Below, piece after piece: positions 8,745 to 20,482 of a stretch of DNA of 35,615 bases. The position numbers and the translations under genes are program-made. The stretch covers positions 1-35,615 of the forward strand of contig JAALLB010000001.1 of the NCBI GenBank assembly GCA_011087745.1, in the 5' to 3' direction. The notes under the pieces were generated by a model. That model was not told the DNA's origin. It saw only the letters and a list, made by a program, of their open reading frames with translations, and searched no databases. How positions within the stretch are numbered: the first letter of the stretch is position 1; each line of letters opens with the position of its first letter. Source of the stretch: Hyphomicrobiales bacterium. GTDB lineage: Bacteria > Pseudomonadota > Alphaproteobacteria > Rhizobiales > Rhizobiaceae.

Positions 8745-9437
8745 ATGCACACACTCTATCATCACCCAATGTCTGCCAGCTCGCGATATATTCGCTTACT
8801 TTTGGCTGAATATGCCCAACCTATCGTCCTCCTGGAAGAAAAACCATGGGAACGTCGTATGGAGTTTCTGCAGATTAATCCTGCCGGCACATTGCCAGTG
8901 CTTATGGTCGACGAAGGACAGTTCATAAGCGGTGGTATCGTTATTGGTGAATACTTGGACGAAACTTGTGACGCCATGATGCGTGAAAAGCGCTTGGTAC
9001 CAGAGAAATCATTGGAGCGGGCTGAAACCAGGCGATTGGTTGAATGGTTTTTAATCAAGCTGGACGCTGAGGTGATCCGCTATCTCGTCCAGGAGCGCGT
9101 TTTTAAGCAGTTGATGCGCAAGGAAGAAGGGGGCGGTGCACCGGATTCAAATATTATTCGCGTTGCCCGGGCAAACCTCAAAAATCACATGAAGTATTTA
9201 TCAGCCGTGTCTTCTTCAAGAGATTGGTTGTCAGGCAATTCTATTTCAGCCGCAGACATGGCAGCAGCTGCCGCAATTTCAGTCCTGGATTACCTGGGTG
9301 AAATTCAATGGGAAGATGAACCGGCGGCAAAAGACTGGTTTGCGCGCATTAAATCACGCCCGTCCTATCGTCCATTGTTGGCTGACAAGGTTATAGGACT
9401 GCCACCTGCGTCTCATTATATCGACCTGGATTTTTGA
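8745..9437 (+). CDS. fzlA: FtsZ-binding protein FzlA (GST family)
   Basis: GST fold (NPAGTLPVL, RIKSRPSYRPLL), C-terminal HYIDLDF, and conserved position upstream of queG. Confidence 0.82.
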   Translation: MHTLYHHPMSASSRYIRLLLAEYAQPIVLLEEKPWERRMEFLQINPAGTLPVLMVDEGQFISGGIVIGEYLDETCDAMMREKRLVPEKSLERAETRRLVEWFLIKLDAEVIRYLVQERVFKQLMRKEEGGGAPDSNIIRVARANLKNHMKYLSAVSSSRDWLSGNSISAADMAAAAAISVLDYLGEIQWEDEPAAKDWFARIKSRPSYRPLLADKVIGLPPASHYIDLDF

Positions 9438-9440
9438 TCC

Positions 9441-10565
9441 TTGGCATCCGTCACCAAACTCAAACAGGATTTGTTGGCACGAGCCAAGTCACTTGGGTTT
9501 GATGTCTGCCACATAACGCCGGCAGACCTTCCTGAAGAAATTGGTGAAAAGCTTGAAAAAAGCGTACAGCTTAACAGACATGCAACAATGGATTGGATGA
9601 AAACCACACTTGAAAGACGTAAATCTCCAACCGCAATGTGGGGTGAAGCAAATACGGCGATCCTGGTTGGAATGAACTACGGACCAGACACTAATCCGCT
9701 TGAAACACTCGAACAAAAATCAATAGCCACCATCTCAGTCTATACCCGCAATCGCGACTAGCATGACATCATGAAAGGCAGGTTAAAGACTTTAGCAGGA
9801 TGGTTAGCATCACAAACCAAGGAAGATGTGAAAGTGTTTGTTGATACGGCTCCCTTGATGGAAAAGCCTTTGGCAAAACAGGCCGGCGTTGGGTGGCAAG
9901 GAAAACATACTAATTTGGTGTCGCGAGATTTTGGCTCTTGGTTATTTTTGGGATCAATTCTAACGAAGGCGCATCTGGCGGCTGATGAACCAGAATCAGA
10001 TCATTGCGGCTCTTGCCAATCATGCCTTGATATTTGCCCGACAAAGGCATTTCCAGCACCATATCAGCTCGATGCAGGAAAATGCATTTCTTATCTAACC
10101 ATCGAACACGATGGTCCCATACCTAGAGAGTTTCGAGAGGCTATGGGAAACCGTATTTATGAGTGTGATGATTGTTTGGCCGTATGTCCCTGGAATAAAT
10201 ACGCCCAAGAAACCGCGGAAATAAAACTAAAAGCCCGCGATGACCTGGCTGCGCCAGCTTTGCGAGAACTTGCTAAACTGGATGATGCTGGGTTTCGAGC
10301 AAAATTTTCCGGTTCTCCAATCAAACGCATTGGTAGAAACAGGTTTTTAAGGAACGTCATGATCGCGATTGAAAACTCACAAGATGGTTCTCTTAGAAAA
10401 GTTGTAATTGATAATGCCAAAGATGAAAGTGCTTTGGTGCGCGGCGCAAGTGTTTGGGCTTTGTCTAAACTTGAAGAAACCTCAACATTTTCTGATCTAC
10501 GGAATAAGGCATTGGCAAGTGAAACAGATGAGAGCGTTCGTGAAGAATGGAATGCGCATGGGTAA
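9441..10565 (+). pseudogene. queG: tRNA epoxyqueuosine reductase QueG with an in-frame nonsense codon
   Basis: ORFs 9441-9761 and 9771-10565 are in the same frame. RNRD*HDIMK has TAG (9759-9761) where the family DYH motif has Tyr. VFVDTAPLMEK and the Fe-S motifs CGSCQSCLDICPT and CDDCLAVCPWN are present. Confidence 0.9.
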
Positions 10566-11430
10566 GAAGCTATTTATTTTTGGATTTGGGTTTTCATCAG
10601 GCGCAATTGCGGAGAAGTCAAAAGTTGATTTTGATGTGATTTGCGGAACATCACGTTCACAAGAAAAAATAGAAAACCTGCGCACAAAGGGTTTTGAAGC
10701 AGAAATCTTTGATGGGCAATTAACCTCAGAAATAGAAATTCAACTTTCAAATACAACGCACATCGTTATCTCAGTTTCACCGGGTGATGAAGATCCGGTG
10801 CTGAAAGCTCTTCCAAATTTAATTGAACTTGCCCCAAACCTTGAGTGGATTGGTTATCTGTCAACCGTTGGTGTTTACGGTCACCACGATGGAGCCTGGG
10901 TCGATGAAAAAAGCGAATTGCACCCCGTTTCAAAGCGCTCAATCCAACGGGTTAAAGCAGAAGAAGCCTGGGCTAGCTTGTCAAAAGTAAATGACATTCC
11001 GCTGGGCATTTTCAGACTTTCAGGAATTTATGGGCCAGGTCGAAACTGGTTCATTAATATTGAAAAAGGGACGTCGCGCAGAATGATAAAGCCTGATCAG
11101 GTTTTCAATCGCATCCACAAAGAGGATATCGGACAAGCGGTTGCGCTGGCCATGCGCAAGAATATTGGCGGTGTTTTCAATATTACAGATGATGATCCGG
11201 CACCTCCGCAAGATGTGGTGACCTATGCCTATGAATTGATGGGTAAAACACCGCCTCCGGAGATTGATTTTGAAACAGCAGATATCACGCCAATGGCGCG
11301 AAGCTTTTATGGTGAAAATAAGCGAGTCAGCAATAAAAAATCGAAGGAAGTTTTGGGTCTTAAGTATCAATGGCCGAATTATCGATTTTCCCTCAAGCAG
11401 ATGTGGGACGAGGGGAGTTGGAAGGCTTAA
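10558..11430 (+). CDS. SDR family NAD-dependent epimerase/oxidoreductase
   Basis: LFIFGFGFS Rossmann-like start, YLSTVGVYG, RLSGIYGPGR, FNRIH. Start moved to the ATG at 10558. Confidence 0.88.
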   Translation: MGKKLFIFGFGFSSGAIAEKSKVDFDVICGTSRSQEKIENLRTKGFEAEIFDGQLTSEIEIQLSNTTHIVISVSPGDEDPVLKALPNLIELAPNLEWIGYLSTVGVYGHHDGAWVDEKSELHPVSKRSIQRVKAEEAWASLSKVNDIPLGIFRLSGIYGPGRNWFINIEKGTSRRMIKPDQVFNRIHKEDIGQAVALAMRKNIGGVFNITDDDPAPPQDVVTYAYELMGKTPPPEIDFETADITPMARSFYGENKRVSNKKSKEVLGLKYQWPNYRFSLKQMWDEGSWKA

Positions 11431-11475
11431 AACATAAGCTAGACTCTTACCATTATTCATGCGAGTTCATCATTC

Positions 11476-12141
11476 ATGAGTAAAAACTTGGAAATCAAGA
11501 TTTGTGGACTGTCCACCGATGAGAGCATTGATGCTGTCATTGCCGGCGGCGCTTCGCATATGGGACTGATATTCTTTGAAAAAAGTCCGCGTCATGTAAG
11601 CCTTGAGCAGGCTAAATTACTTTCTGAACATGCCGGAGATCGTATTCAAAAAGTAGCTGTTAGTGTTAACGCTGATGATGAATACCTTGATGGTATCGTG
11701 GCAGCAGTAAAGCCTGATATGCTGCAACTGCATGGCAAAGATACCGTTGAACGAGTTGAAGAATTAAAGGCGCGTTTTGAGCTGCCCATAATGAAAGTAT
11801 TTGCAATCAGCGACATATCTGATTTTGAAAGCGTGAAATCATATGTCGGCGTAGCGGATCGATTTTTATTTGATGCAAAGCCGCCAAAAGGCTCAGATTT
11901 GCCGGGCGGAAATGGTGTCGCTTTTGATTGGGAAATCATGGACGCTCTGCCTAAAGATGTGCCATATATGTTATCTGGCGGACTGGATGCTTCGAACGTA
12001 TGTTTGGCACTTGAACGCTCAGGCGCAAATGCAGTGGATGTCTCATCCGGAGTTGAGAGCTCTGCGGGTGTGAAAGACATAAAATTGATAGAAGAATTTT
12101 TGGCAGCATGTCATGACTGTGGCGCTGCAGACAATGGGTAA
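11476..12141 (+). CDS. trpF: Phosphoribosylanthranilate isomerase
   Basis: [30 protein letters not shown]. Confidence 0.97.
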   Translation: MSKNLEIKICGLSTDESIDAVIAGGASHMGLIFFEKSPRHVSLEQAKLLSEHAGDRIQKVAVSVNADDEYLDGIVAAVKPDMLQLHGKDTVERVEELKARFELPIMKVFAISDISDFESVKSYVGVADRFLFDAKPPKGSDLPGGNGVAFDWEIMDALPKDVPYMLSGGLDASNVCLALERSGANAVDVSSGVESSAGVKDIKLIEEFLAACHDCGAADNG

Positions 12142-12152
12142 GGAAACAAGCT

Positions 12153-13382
12153 TTGAGTAAACCATTAGAACCAAATTCATTTATGACCGGACCAGATGAA
12201 GAGGGTCACTTTGGCATTTTTGGTGGACGCTATGTTGCCGAAACTTTGATGCCGCTAATTCTGGAACTGGAGCAGGCTTATAATAGCGCCAAGGCCGATC
12301 CTGATTTTCATGCGGAAATTGAATATCTAAATAAGCATTATACGGGCCGACCATCGCCGCTTTATTTTGCAGAAAGCCTAACCGAGCATTTGGGCGGCGC
12401 AAAAATTTACTTCAAGCGTGATGAGCTGAACCACACGGGTTCTCACAAAATCAACAATTGCCTGGGTCAAATTCTTCTGGCCAAAAAGATGGGCAAGACT
12501 CGAATTATAGCCGAAACGGGTGCAGGCCAACACGGTGTTGCTGCAGCAACCGTTGCCGCAAAATTTGGTTTCCCTTGTGTGGTTTACATGGGTAAAACTG
12601 ATGTTGAGCGCCAAAGCCCGAATGTTTTCCTGATGAAATTACTGGGTGCAGAAATAGTGCCAGTTACAGCAGGTGCCGGCACACTAAAAGACGCCATGAA
12701 TGAAGCCCTTCGCGATTGGGTGACCAATGTTGACGATACCTATTATCTGATTGGTACCGCAGCTGGCCCTCATCCATATCCCGAGCTCGTACGTGATTTC
12801 CAATCTGTGATTGGCAAGGAATGTAAAGAGCAGATCATGGAAGCAGAGGGGCGTTTACCTGACATGCTGGTGGCTTCAGTAGGCGGCGGTTCAAATGCTA
12901 TTGGTCTCTTCCATCCATTTCTGGATGACAAGGACGTTGAGATCGTCGGCGTTGAAGCAGGTGGTTTGGGTCTCGATGGTGATCAACATTGCGCATCTCT
13001 TTCTGCAGGAAAGCCGGGCGTGCTTCACGGCAATCGAACATTCTTGTTGCAAGATGATGATGGTCAAATTCTTGAAGGTCATTCAATATCAGCTGGTCTT
13101 GACTATCCAGGAATTGGGCCGGAACATTCATACCTCCGCGACACCAATCGGGTTGAATATGTGCCGATTATGGATACAGAAGCGCTGGAGGCATTTCAGC
13201 TACTTTGCAAGACCGAAGGAATTATTCCGGCGCTTGAACCCTGTCATGCATTGGCCGAGGTAGTAAAACGCGCTCCTAAAATGGGTAAAGACAAGATAAT
13301 TGTCATGAATCTGTGCGGCCGCGGTGATAAAGATGTTTTCACTGTCGGTAAAGCGCTCGGCGTGGATATGGAAACCAGTTAA
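12153..13382 (+). CDS. trpB: Tryptophan synthase beta subunit
   Basis: [11 protein letters not shown] (PLP lysine), [27 protein letters not shown]. Confidence 0.98.
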   Translation: MSKPLEPNSFMTGPDEEGHFGIFGGRYVAETLMPLILELEQAYNSAKADPDFHAEIEYLNKHYTGRPSPLYFAESLTEHLGGAKIYFKRDELNHTGSHKINNCLGQILLAKKMGKTRIIAETGAGQHGVAAATVAAKFGFPCVVYMGKTDVERQSPNVFLMKLLGAEIVPVTAGAGTLKDAMNEALRDWVTNVDDTYYLIGTAAGPHPYPELVRDFQSVIGKECKEQIMEAEGRLPDMLVASVGGGSNAIGLFHPFLDDKDVEIVGVEAGGLGLDGDQHCASLSAGKPGVLHGNRTFLLQDDDGQILEGHSISAGLDYPGIGPEHSYLRDTNRVEYVPIMDTEALEAFQLLCKTEGIIPALEPCHALAEVVKRAPKMGKDKIIVMNLCGRGDKDVFTVGKALGVDMETS

Positions 13383-13403
13383 TTTTCAAAGAAGTACATT
13401 AAA

Positions 13404-14234
13404 ATGAAAACAAGAATTGATACACGCTTTGAAGCGCTAAAAGCAGAAGGTCGCCCAGGCCTTGTGACATTTATCATGGCAGGTGATCCAAATCTGGAAG
13501 TTGGTCAGGAAGTTTTGAATGGTCTGCCAAATGCCGGCGCTGATTTGATAGAAATTGGCATGCCGTTTTCAGACCCAATGGCAGATGGACCTTCTATTCA
13601 GCTTGCTGGACAACGGGCCTTAAAGGGCGGTCAAACACTCGCGAAAACCCTGGCGATGGTGGCTAAATTTCGAAAGTTGGGTAGTGAAACACCAATCATT
13701 TTGATGGGCTACTACAACCCGATTTATATTTACGGCAATGAGATATTTCTTAAGGACGCAAATGCGGCCGGTGTTGATGGCCTTATCATAGTAGATTTGC
13801 CACCAGAAGCGGATGATGAACTTTGTATTCCGGCGATGGATCACAATATCAATTTCATCCGTCTTGCAACGCCAACGACAGACGCTGCACGCTTGCCCAA
13901 GGTATTAGAAAACACATCTGGCTTTTTGTACTATGTTTCAATCACCGGCATAACCGGTGCAGCAGCTCCTGATCCGGACCGGGTCGGAAAAGCTGTTGCA
14001 GCAATTAAGGCAAAAACAGATATACCAGTTGCAGTAGGCTTCGGCGTTAGAACAGCTGAACAAGCTGCCGATATTGGCAGAGGAGCTGATGGTGTTGTTG
14101 TTGGGTCAGCACTTGTTTCTGTAATTCTTGATAATCTTGATGATCAGGGTAATCCTAGGGAAGGAACTGCCAGGGCAGTGCATGCTTTGGTTGAAGACCT
14201 TGCATCTGGCGTTCGTTCCGTTAAACACGGATAA
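13404..14234 (+). CDS. trpA: Tryptophan synthase alpha subunit
   Basis: [39 protein letters not shown]. Confidence 0.98.
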   Translation: MKTRIDTRFEALKAEGRPGLVTFIMAGDPNLEVGQEVLNGLPNAGADLIEIGMPFSDPMADGPSIQLAGQRALKGGQTLAKTLAMVAKFRKLGSETPIILMGYYNPIYIYGNEIFLKDANAAGVDGLIIVDLPPEADDELCIPAMDHNINFIRLATPTTDAARLPKVLENTSGFLYYVSITGITGAAAPDPDRVGKAVAAIKAKTDIPVAVGFGVRTAEQAADIGRGADGVVVGSALVSVILDNLDDQGNPREGTARAVHALVEDLASGVRSVKHG

Positions 14235-14289
14235 GACATAATTTTCCTGCATGCGATGCACAGATTAATAACTAAAGGATTTTGATCAG

Positions 14290-15216
14290 ATGAACTGGAT
14301 CACAAACCTCGTACCACCAAAGATTGGTAATCTACTTAACCGCAAGGATATGCCTGAGAACCTCTGGATTAAATGTCCGGTGTCTGGCGAGATGGTCTTC
14401 CATAAGGACTTGGAAGCCAATATGGGTGTGATCCCAAGTTCTGGCCATCACATGAAAATCACCGCGAAAGAGCGGCTGGGCTTTCTTTTTGATGACGCTG
14501 AGTATGAAGTAATTGAAATGCCGGCTGTTGCTCAAGATCCACTAAAATTTCGAGATAAATCAAGATACGCCGACAAGTTAAAAGATGCTCGTAAGAAGAC
14601 CGGGCTTGAAGATTCAATTCTTGCAGCAAAAGGCAATATCGAAGAACTCGACATGATCGCTGTTGTGCATGAAATGCAGTTCATCGGCGGATCGCTGGGC
14701 ATGGCTGCTGGCGACATGATCGTAAAAGCAATGGAAATTGCCGCAGAAACCAAAACACCACTCGTTTTGTTTGCAGCATCTGGTGGTGCTCGCATGCAAG
14801 AGGGTATTCTTTCGCTTATGCAATTGCCGCGCACAACCGTCGGCGTTCAGCGCATGAAAGACGCAGGCGTTCCGTATATTGTTGTTCTGACAAATCCAAC
14901 CACAGGCGGTGTTTCTGCTTCTTATGCAATGCTGGGCGATGTCCATATCGCAGAACCAGGGGCAGTAATTGGCTTTGCGGGTCGCCGGGTGATCGAGGGC
15001 ACTATCCGTGAAAAATTGCCTGATGATTTTCAAACCGCTGAATACCTGCAAGAACACGGCATGGTCGATATGATTGTTAGTCGTCTTGATATGAAATCAA
15101 CGCTTTCACGTGTTATTCGTCTGTTGCTTGGTAAGCCTGCTTATGAAGCGCCGCCAATAGCGCTTGAGGCTCCAGAAAATATTTCTGAACCAAAAGAAGA
15201 AACTTCTGAAGCTTAG
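14290..15216 (+). CDS. accD: Acetyl-CoA carboxylase carboxyltransferase beta subunit
   Basis: MNWIT...[30 protein letters not shown]. Confidence 0.97.
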   Translation: MNWITNLVPPKIGNLLNRKDMPENLWIKCPVSGEMVFHKDLEANMGVIPSSGHHMKITAKERLGFLFDDAEYEVIEMPAVAQDPLKFRDKSRYADKLKDARKKTGLEDSILAAKGNIEELDMIAVVHEMQFIGGSLGMAAGDMIVKAMEIAAETKTPLVLFAASGGARMQEGILSLMQLPRTTVGVQRMKDAGVPYIVVLTNPTTGGVSASYAMLGDVHIAEPGAVIGFAGRRVIEGTIREKLPDDFQTAEYLQEHGMVDMIVSRLDMKSTLSRVIRLLLGKPAYEAPPIALEAPENISEPKEETSEA

Positions 15217-15226
15217 TGCTTGCTCC

Positions 15227-16531
15227 ATGAAATCCGACGCACTCATTAACAAGTTGTCCGAAATTCATCCGAAGGGTTTTGACCTTTCGCTTGATAGAAT
15301 TTCCGCGCTTCTAGAAAAGCTTGGTCGTCCACAAGACAAACTCCCACCCGTCATTCATGTTGCAGGAACCAATGGTAAAGGCTCAACGCTCGCGTTTACA
15401 AGAGCAATTCTGGAAGCTCAGGGTTATAAAGTTCATGTGCATACTTCACCTCATTTGGTGAACTGGCATGAGCGTTATCGCTTGGCGGGAACTTTGGTCA
15501 GCGATGATACCTTGGCTGATGCGATCAAGCGCGTTGCCGATGCCAATGACAATCAACCAATAACGGTATTCGAGCTTTTATGCGCTGTGATGTTTGTTTT
15601 GTTTAGCGAACATGAAGCTGATTTTGCCTTGGTGGAAGTAGGTCTTGGTGGCCGCTTTGACGCAACCAACGTAATAGAAAATCCCTTGGTTTGTGCAATC
15701 ACACCCGTTGCACTGGATCATCAGGCTTTTCTGGGGGACACGATCTCTGCCATCGCATTTGAAAAGGCCGGCATTATCAAAAGACGTGTGCCAGTAGCAG
15801 TCGGCATTCAACAAGATGAAGCTTTGGAAACCATAGAAAAAGTTGCAAGAAAAAATGCAGCACCTGCTCAAATTTCCGGGCAGGGTTTTGATTCTTATCG
15901 CGACGCGACGGGCTTTGTGTTTCAAGACGAAGACGGGTTACTGGATTTGCCCTTGCCCAAATTGGCGGGCGAACATCAACTTGAAAACGCAGCACTTGCT
16001 ATTGCAGCAATTAGATCTGCGAACATTGAAGTGTCATCCGAAGCATTTGCAAAAGGTATGCGGAATGTAACCTGGCCAGGGCGATTGGAAAAATTGCCCT
16101 GTGGAAAGATAACAAAGCAGCTTTTGGATCATTCAGACATTTGGATTGATGGTGGGCATAACCCATCAGCAGGAGAAGCCATTGCTGCCGAGTTGGTTCG
16201 GCAGGATGCAATGACAAGTCGCAAAACACTGCTGGTTTGCGGAATGATCAATACCAAAGAACCTTTTGGCTACTTCAAGCCTTATGAAGCCCTGGATGCT
16301 GAAGTCTTTGCGATACCGGTGGCAATGAGCGAAGCCAGCATAGCGCCTGAGACATTGGTAGAGGTTGCCCAAAGTGCTGGTTTAACCACTCAATGCTTTG
16401 TTTCCTTGCAAGCGGCAATTTGCGAGGTTAGCAAGCGCTTAAAGCAAACCCCTGACATGCGCATATTGTTTTGTGGGTCGCTTTATATGGTGGGTGAGGT
16501 GCTCGAGTTAAACGAAACGCCTCCGAAATAA
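15227..16531 (+). CDS. folC: Folylpolyglutamate synthase / dihydrofolate synthase
   Basis: HVAGTNGKGS, EVGLGGRFDATN, WPGRLE, DGGHNP, GSLYMVG. Start moved to the ATG at 15227. Confidence 0.96.
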   Translation: MKSDALINKLSEIHPKGFDLSLDRISALLEKLGRPQDKLPPVIHVAGTNGKGSTLAFTRAILEAQGYKVHVHTSPHLVNWHERYRLAGTLVSDDTLADAIKRVADANDNQPITVFELLCAVMFVLFSEHEADFALVEVGLGGRFDATNVIENPLVCAITPVALDHQAFLGDTISAIAFEKAGIIKRRVPVAVGIQQDEALETIEKVARKNAAPAQISGQGFDSYRDATGFVFQDEDGLLDLPLPKLAGEHQLENAALAIAAIRSANIEVSSEAFAKGMRNVTWPGRLEKLPCGKITKQLLDHSDIWIDGGHNPSAGEAIAAELVRQDAMTSRKTLLVCGMINTKEPFGYFKPYEALDAEVFAIPVAMSEASIAPETLVEVAQSAGLTTQCFVSLQAAICEVSKRLKQTPDMRILFCGSLYMVGEVLELNETPPK

Positions 16532-16541
16532 AGTTAAAAAC

Positions 16542-16566
16542 AAAAAACCCGGCTGTTTCCAGCCAG
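16542..16566 (-). terminator. Rho-independent terminator after trxA
   Basis: Minus strand CTGGCTG-GAAA-CAGCCGG followed by G and TTTTTT, between the convergent folC and trxA genes. Confidence 0.7.
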
Positions 16567-16591
16567 CTTAACATTAAAAATTCGAGTAGAC

Positions 16592-16912
16592 TTAAGAAGC
16601 GCCGTTGATCCACTCAACCAAAGCACTTTTTGGCTTGCCGCCAACTTGCATTGCAGCAGGCTCACCGTCTTTAAAGATTAGAAGTGTTGGGATCGAGCGA
16701 ACACCGTATTGAGCAGCCAAATCTGGATTTTCATCAATGTTGATTTTGGTAATTTTCACTTTGCCTTCCATCTCATCAGAGATCTCTTCAAGGCTTGGGC
16801 CAATTGCTTTACACGGGCCACACCATTCGGCCCAAAAATCAACTACCACTGGGATATCAGAACCTAAAACGTCTGATTGAAAGTTGTCTGCATCTATTTT
16901 TTGTGTAGCCAT
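16592..16912 (-). CDS. trxA: Thioredoxin
   Basis: [20 protein letters not shown]. Confidence 0.98.
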   Translation of the reverse strand: MATQKIDADNFQSDVLGSDIPVVVDFWAEWCGPCKAIGPSLEEISDEMEGKVKITKINIDENPDLAAQYGVRSIPTLLIFKDGEPAAMQVGGKPKSALVEWINGAS

Positions 16913-16967
16913 GATAAGCTTCCTTATTATTTTTCGAATCTAAACCGACTCGATTGAACTTGAACTT

Positions 16968-16997
16968 AACGTAAGAACGCGGGCAGCTAACGTCAAG
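16968..16997 (-). promoter_or_regulatory. Putative sigma70-type promoter for trxA
   Basis: Minus strand (C)TTGACG, 17 nt, TACGTT in the addA-trxA gap. Confidence 0.45.
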
Positions 16998-17002
16998 ATG
17001 TC

Positions 17003-20000
17003 TTAGCTGTTCTTGATTGCGTCCAGCGCCCTATTCAGTGATTCATCTGGGATAACCATCAATTCAGGCGTCTGCGTCCATAATAACGCAGATATTATTT
17101 CTTTTGTCTTATAAATTCGGGCAACCAAATCACGATAAAGTGCTAGCTGCGTGATGTATTCATCTGGCGTATCGGCGATAGAATTTGGAACAGATCGGTT
17201 GGTTTTGTAATCCAAAATCGTTACGCGATCATCCGAGATGATAAGCCTGTCTATTTGGCCGGTTACCAACATGCTTCCGGATTTAACATCAAGACGCCCT
17301 GCAAGAGAAACCTCAGCCCGGGCTTCGCCTTCAAATAGGCCTTTAAAATGATCATCTGACAAAATACCAAAGATATTGTTGAGAATTTCAGCCCGCTGAT
17401 CAGGCGATAAATTCGAGCAGGTTTTATCCAGATAGTCGGTTGCAAGCGGCAATCGATTTTCTGGTAAAATGTCCGGTAAAACTTCAAACAATTTGTGAGT
17501 GGCATTACCGCGTTGAATGGCAAATGAATTGGTTTCTGCAGTTGCCCCAAATTTCAGGGTTTCGTTTGTTAAACTATCCCTATCAATCAAGGCAAAAGCA
17601 CCGGAAGGTGTAAGGGGCCTAGGAAGCGGCGCATCAGCTCTTGCGGGTTTGTTCAGCCACTCCGGTATAGATTTCAGATCAGTAGCAAGTGGCAACTTCT
17701 GGTCGCTAGGTTTGGCAGATACAGCAGGCTGCGCTTTTGATATCCAATGTAAAGCAGTTAACTCTCCGGCATCATTCTTGATTTTAGTAGCAGTTTCAAC
17801 AAGCGAATTTTCAACCATCTGATGCCAATAAGGATGGTTGGGCTCACGGGTTCCCCGATACCCGCAAACGACCAATCGGTCCGCAGCCCGCGTCATGCCA
17901 ACATATAATAAACGACGGTACTCCGCCTCCGCGGCTTCTCCAATCAGAGCAGTACTTGATCGGATTGCTTCAACGTGTTGCTCTTTGCTGGTAAGCCACA
18001 GATATCCATTTTTGTTCTGATCATTGTCAATTTCAAGAATTTCTGGTCTGTGTTTTTCTGTCCAGGCAGCACCACAATGATCAACCAGAAAGACGACCCG
18101 TGCCTCAAGTCCTTTTGAGGAATGAACCGTAAGAATGCGAACCTCATCGCGCTCGAGTTCTACTTCGCGTTTGATTACGGGTTCTGCTTTCGTGAGCTCG
18201 GTTATGAAAGTCTCGAGGCCACCAGAACGGTCATTGGTGAAGTTAAGTGCTTCATCCAAAAATGAATCCAGAACGTCTTCCGCTTCCAATCCAAGGCGGT
18301 TCAGGATTTTCTTTCGACCTTCCATTTTGCCGAGCAGGTTCGCGTAAAAATCAAAAACACTTGAAGTGCGCCCAACCTCAAATATTTTCTCCAGGCGTTC
18401 TATAATTAGGGATGCAATGTTAGATTTTGGATGAGTTTCAATCTGTGAGATGGCAACGATCTGATCATAGAGACTCATATCTCCGCGCCCATGTGCAAAC
18501 TCAAACAGAGTGTCTTCATCAATATTGAAGAACACGCCCTTAAGTACGCAAGCAAGAGAAAGATCGTCTTCTGGCAGCAGCGCAACTCGACCAATTGCCC
18601 GTAAATCTTCGATTGCCACGTGATCGGTGAGAGTGAGACGGTCAGCACCCGCAATCGCAAGTCCCTTGTCCTTCATGGTACGCGTAAATGCAGTTAGAAA
18701 CCGATCCCGTTTTCGAACAAGCACCAGTATATCGCCAAACTTCAGTGGAACTTCCATGCCGGGCAGTGTTTGACCTACCCAGTCTTTAATGGAGTCAGCA
18801 ATTTTATTGGCCAGCAGAACAGCTGGATCATCAGCAGGTTTTTTATCAATCGCATCCAGCCAGCTATCAGTTTGCTCAACTTTTTCTTGAACGAAAACCG
18901 GCCAAACCTGGACTTGACCAGGGTGATTGCTTCTCACCGCATCATGTATCGGTTTTTCGCCAGATTGAGTTAGGCCATTCAGGTTTTCAGAGTGTGAAAA
19001 AACCTTATCAATCGCATGCAGAACGTCTTGCGTCGAGCGAAATGAAAACTCCAGCTGTCCTGCATGAAAAGATTTATCAGCTGTTAAGACACGTTTTTGC
19101 AGGCGGTTCTTTTGTCTATCAAATTCACTGGGCTCAGCACCCTGGAAAGAAAAAATTGACTGCTTCTCATCACCTACCACAAACACCGTACGATTTATGT
19201 TTGCTGCGGTGTCTCCGGAATGAAAATCTTCTGTAATCGCATTGATGATCTCCCACTGTTTGGGGCTGGTATCTTGAGCCTCATCAACCAGAAGATGATC
19301 AATTCCGCGATCTAGACGGTAGCGAATCCAGTCTTTGATCTCTGCCCTTGTCAAAAGATTGGCGCATTTTTCAATCTGGTCATCAAAATCAATAACACCG
19401 CGTTGGCGTTTCATATTCTCATAATGTTTCAGAACAGCTTCGCCAATTTTGAAAAGATGTCGCGAGTTTTTCAAAAGCTGGAGTGCGCTGATTTTTTCAA
19501 GTGCACCCAGAACGTGATCTGCGATTTCAAAAAGAGTTTCCACCACGTTTGGAATTGCATCTTTTACAAATTTGGTAGCGATGGTCTTTTCTGATTTAGT
19601 TTCATTCTTTGCTGTCAGAACAGCCTTGCGAATTATTTCAAATGTAAGTTCCGGCTGATTGTTTTCTGCAAGTACCTGTAAGGCATTTGCCAAATTCAAA
19701 TCGGTTTGCTTGTCACTGCCTGCTGCTTGAGTGGTAATGGCTGAAATACCCCTGCAATTGGCCAGGATATCTGTAATCGCACGGTTTTGGATATCCTCGA
19801 CCTGATCACCCTCAGTTACGCCGAGCTTTTCATAAAGCGACTGTAATGCTGTTTTGACATCACCCTTTGTCCAGTTTTGAAAATCCTGCCGCATTGCGAT
19901 GATTGCGTTAAGACCATTTTCAATGGTTGCATCGGTTGCAAAGGGAATTAGCGCTGCATAATGGTGAGCGGCTTCACTGTCTTCACCGCTCAGCGCTAGG

Positions 20001-20482
20001 GTTCTGGCCTGTGCCAATATATTGGATTGTTCAATTTCCTGCAGCGCCTCAAAGTGTCTGGGCACATTTGCTTCTAGTGGAAATTGATGTAGCAGCGATT
20101 CACAAAATGCATGGATCGTTTGAATTTTCAATCCACCGGGCGTGTCCAGAGCCAATGCAAAAAGTTGGCGCGCTCTTTTTCTGATTGAGGGAGTTGGACG
20201 CTCGTTTGATGTATTATGGATTTCATTATCCAGACGTGCATCATCCATCATTGTCCAATCAGCAAGGGTGCTAAACACGCGATTTTTCATGTTGGCAGCC
20301 GCAGCTTTTGTAAACGTCAGACACAAAATTTTGTCAGGTGGGTTACCTGCTAACATCAAGCGAATAACCCGCTGGGTTAGAACATGTGTTTTACCAGAAC
20401 CCGCATTTGCAGAAACCCAGGCGGAGTTTTCTGGGTTGGATGATGCATATTGTTGTTCGAGTGTGGAAGGAGGAATGTTCAT
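17003..20482 (-). CDS. addA: Double-strand break repair helicase/nuclease AddA
   Basis: SANAGSGKT, LVDEAQDTS, TVHSSKGLE, YVGMTRA, GQIDRL...LDYKT. Confidence 0.97.
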   Translation of the reverse strand: MNIPPSTLEQQYASSNPENSAWVSANAGSGKTHVLTQRVIRLMLAGNPPDKILCLTFTKAAAANMKNRVFSTLADWTMMDDARLDNEIHNTSNERPTPSIRKRARQLFALALDTPGGLKIQTIHAFCESLLHQFPLEANVPRHFEALQEIEQSNILAQARTLALSGEDSEAAHHYAALIPFATDATIENGLNAIIAMRQDFQNWTKGDVKTALQSLYEKLGVTEGDQVEDIQNRAITDILANCRGISAITTQAAGSDKQTDLNLANALQVLAENNQPELTFEIIRKAVLTAKNETKSEKTIATKFVKDAIPNVVETLFEIADHVLGALEKISALQLLKNSRHLFKIGEAVLKHYENMKRQRGVIDFDDQIEKCANLLTRAEIKDWIRYRLDRGIDHLLVDEAQDTSPKQWEIINAITEDFHSGDTAANINRTVFVVGDEKQSIFSFQGAEPSEFDRQKNRLQKRVLTADKSFHAGQLEFSFRSTQDVLHAIDKVFSHSENLNGLTQSGEKPIHDAVRSNHPGQVQVWPVFVQEKVEQTDSWLDAIDKKPADDPAVLLANKIADSIKDWVGQTLPGMEVPLKFGDILVLVRKRDRFLTAFTRTMKDKGLAIAGADRLTLTDHVAIEDLRAIGRVALLPEDDLSLACVLKGVFFNIDEDTLFEFAHGRGDMSLYDQIVAISQIETHPKSNIASLIIERLEKIFEVGRTSSVFDFYANLLGKMEGRKKILNRLGLEAEDVLDSFLDEALNFTNDRSGGLETFITELTKAEPVIKREVELERDEVRILTVHSSKGLEARVVFLVDHCGAAWTEKHRPEILEIDNDQNKNGYLWLTSKEQHVEAIRSSTALIGEAAEAEYRRLLYVGMTRAADRLVVCGYRGTREPNHPYWHQMVENSLVETATKIKNDAGELTALHWISKAQPAVSAKPSDQKLPLATDLKSIPEWLNKPARADAPLPRPLTPSGAFALIDRDSLTNETLKFGATAETNSFAIQRGNATHKLFEVLPDILPENRLPLATDYLDKTCSNLSPDQRAEILNNIFGILSDDHFKGLFEGEARAEVSLAGRLDVKSGSMLVTGQIDRLIISDDRVTILDYKTNRSVPNSIADTPDEYITQLALYRDLVARIYKTKEIISALLWTQTPELMVIPDESLNRALDAIKNS

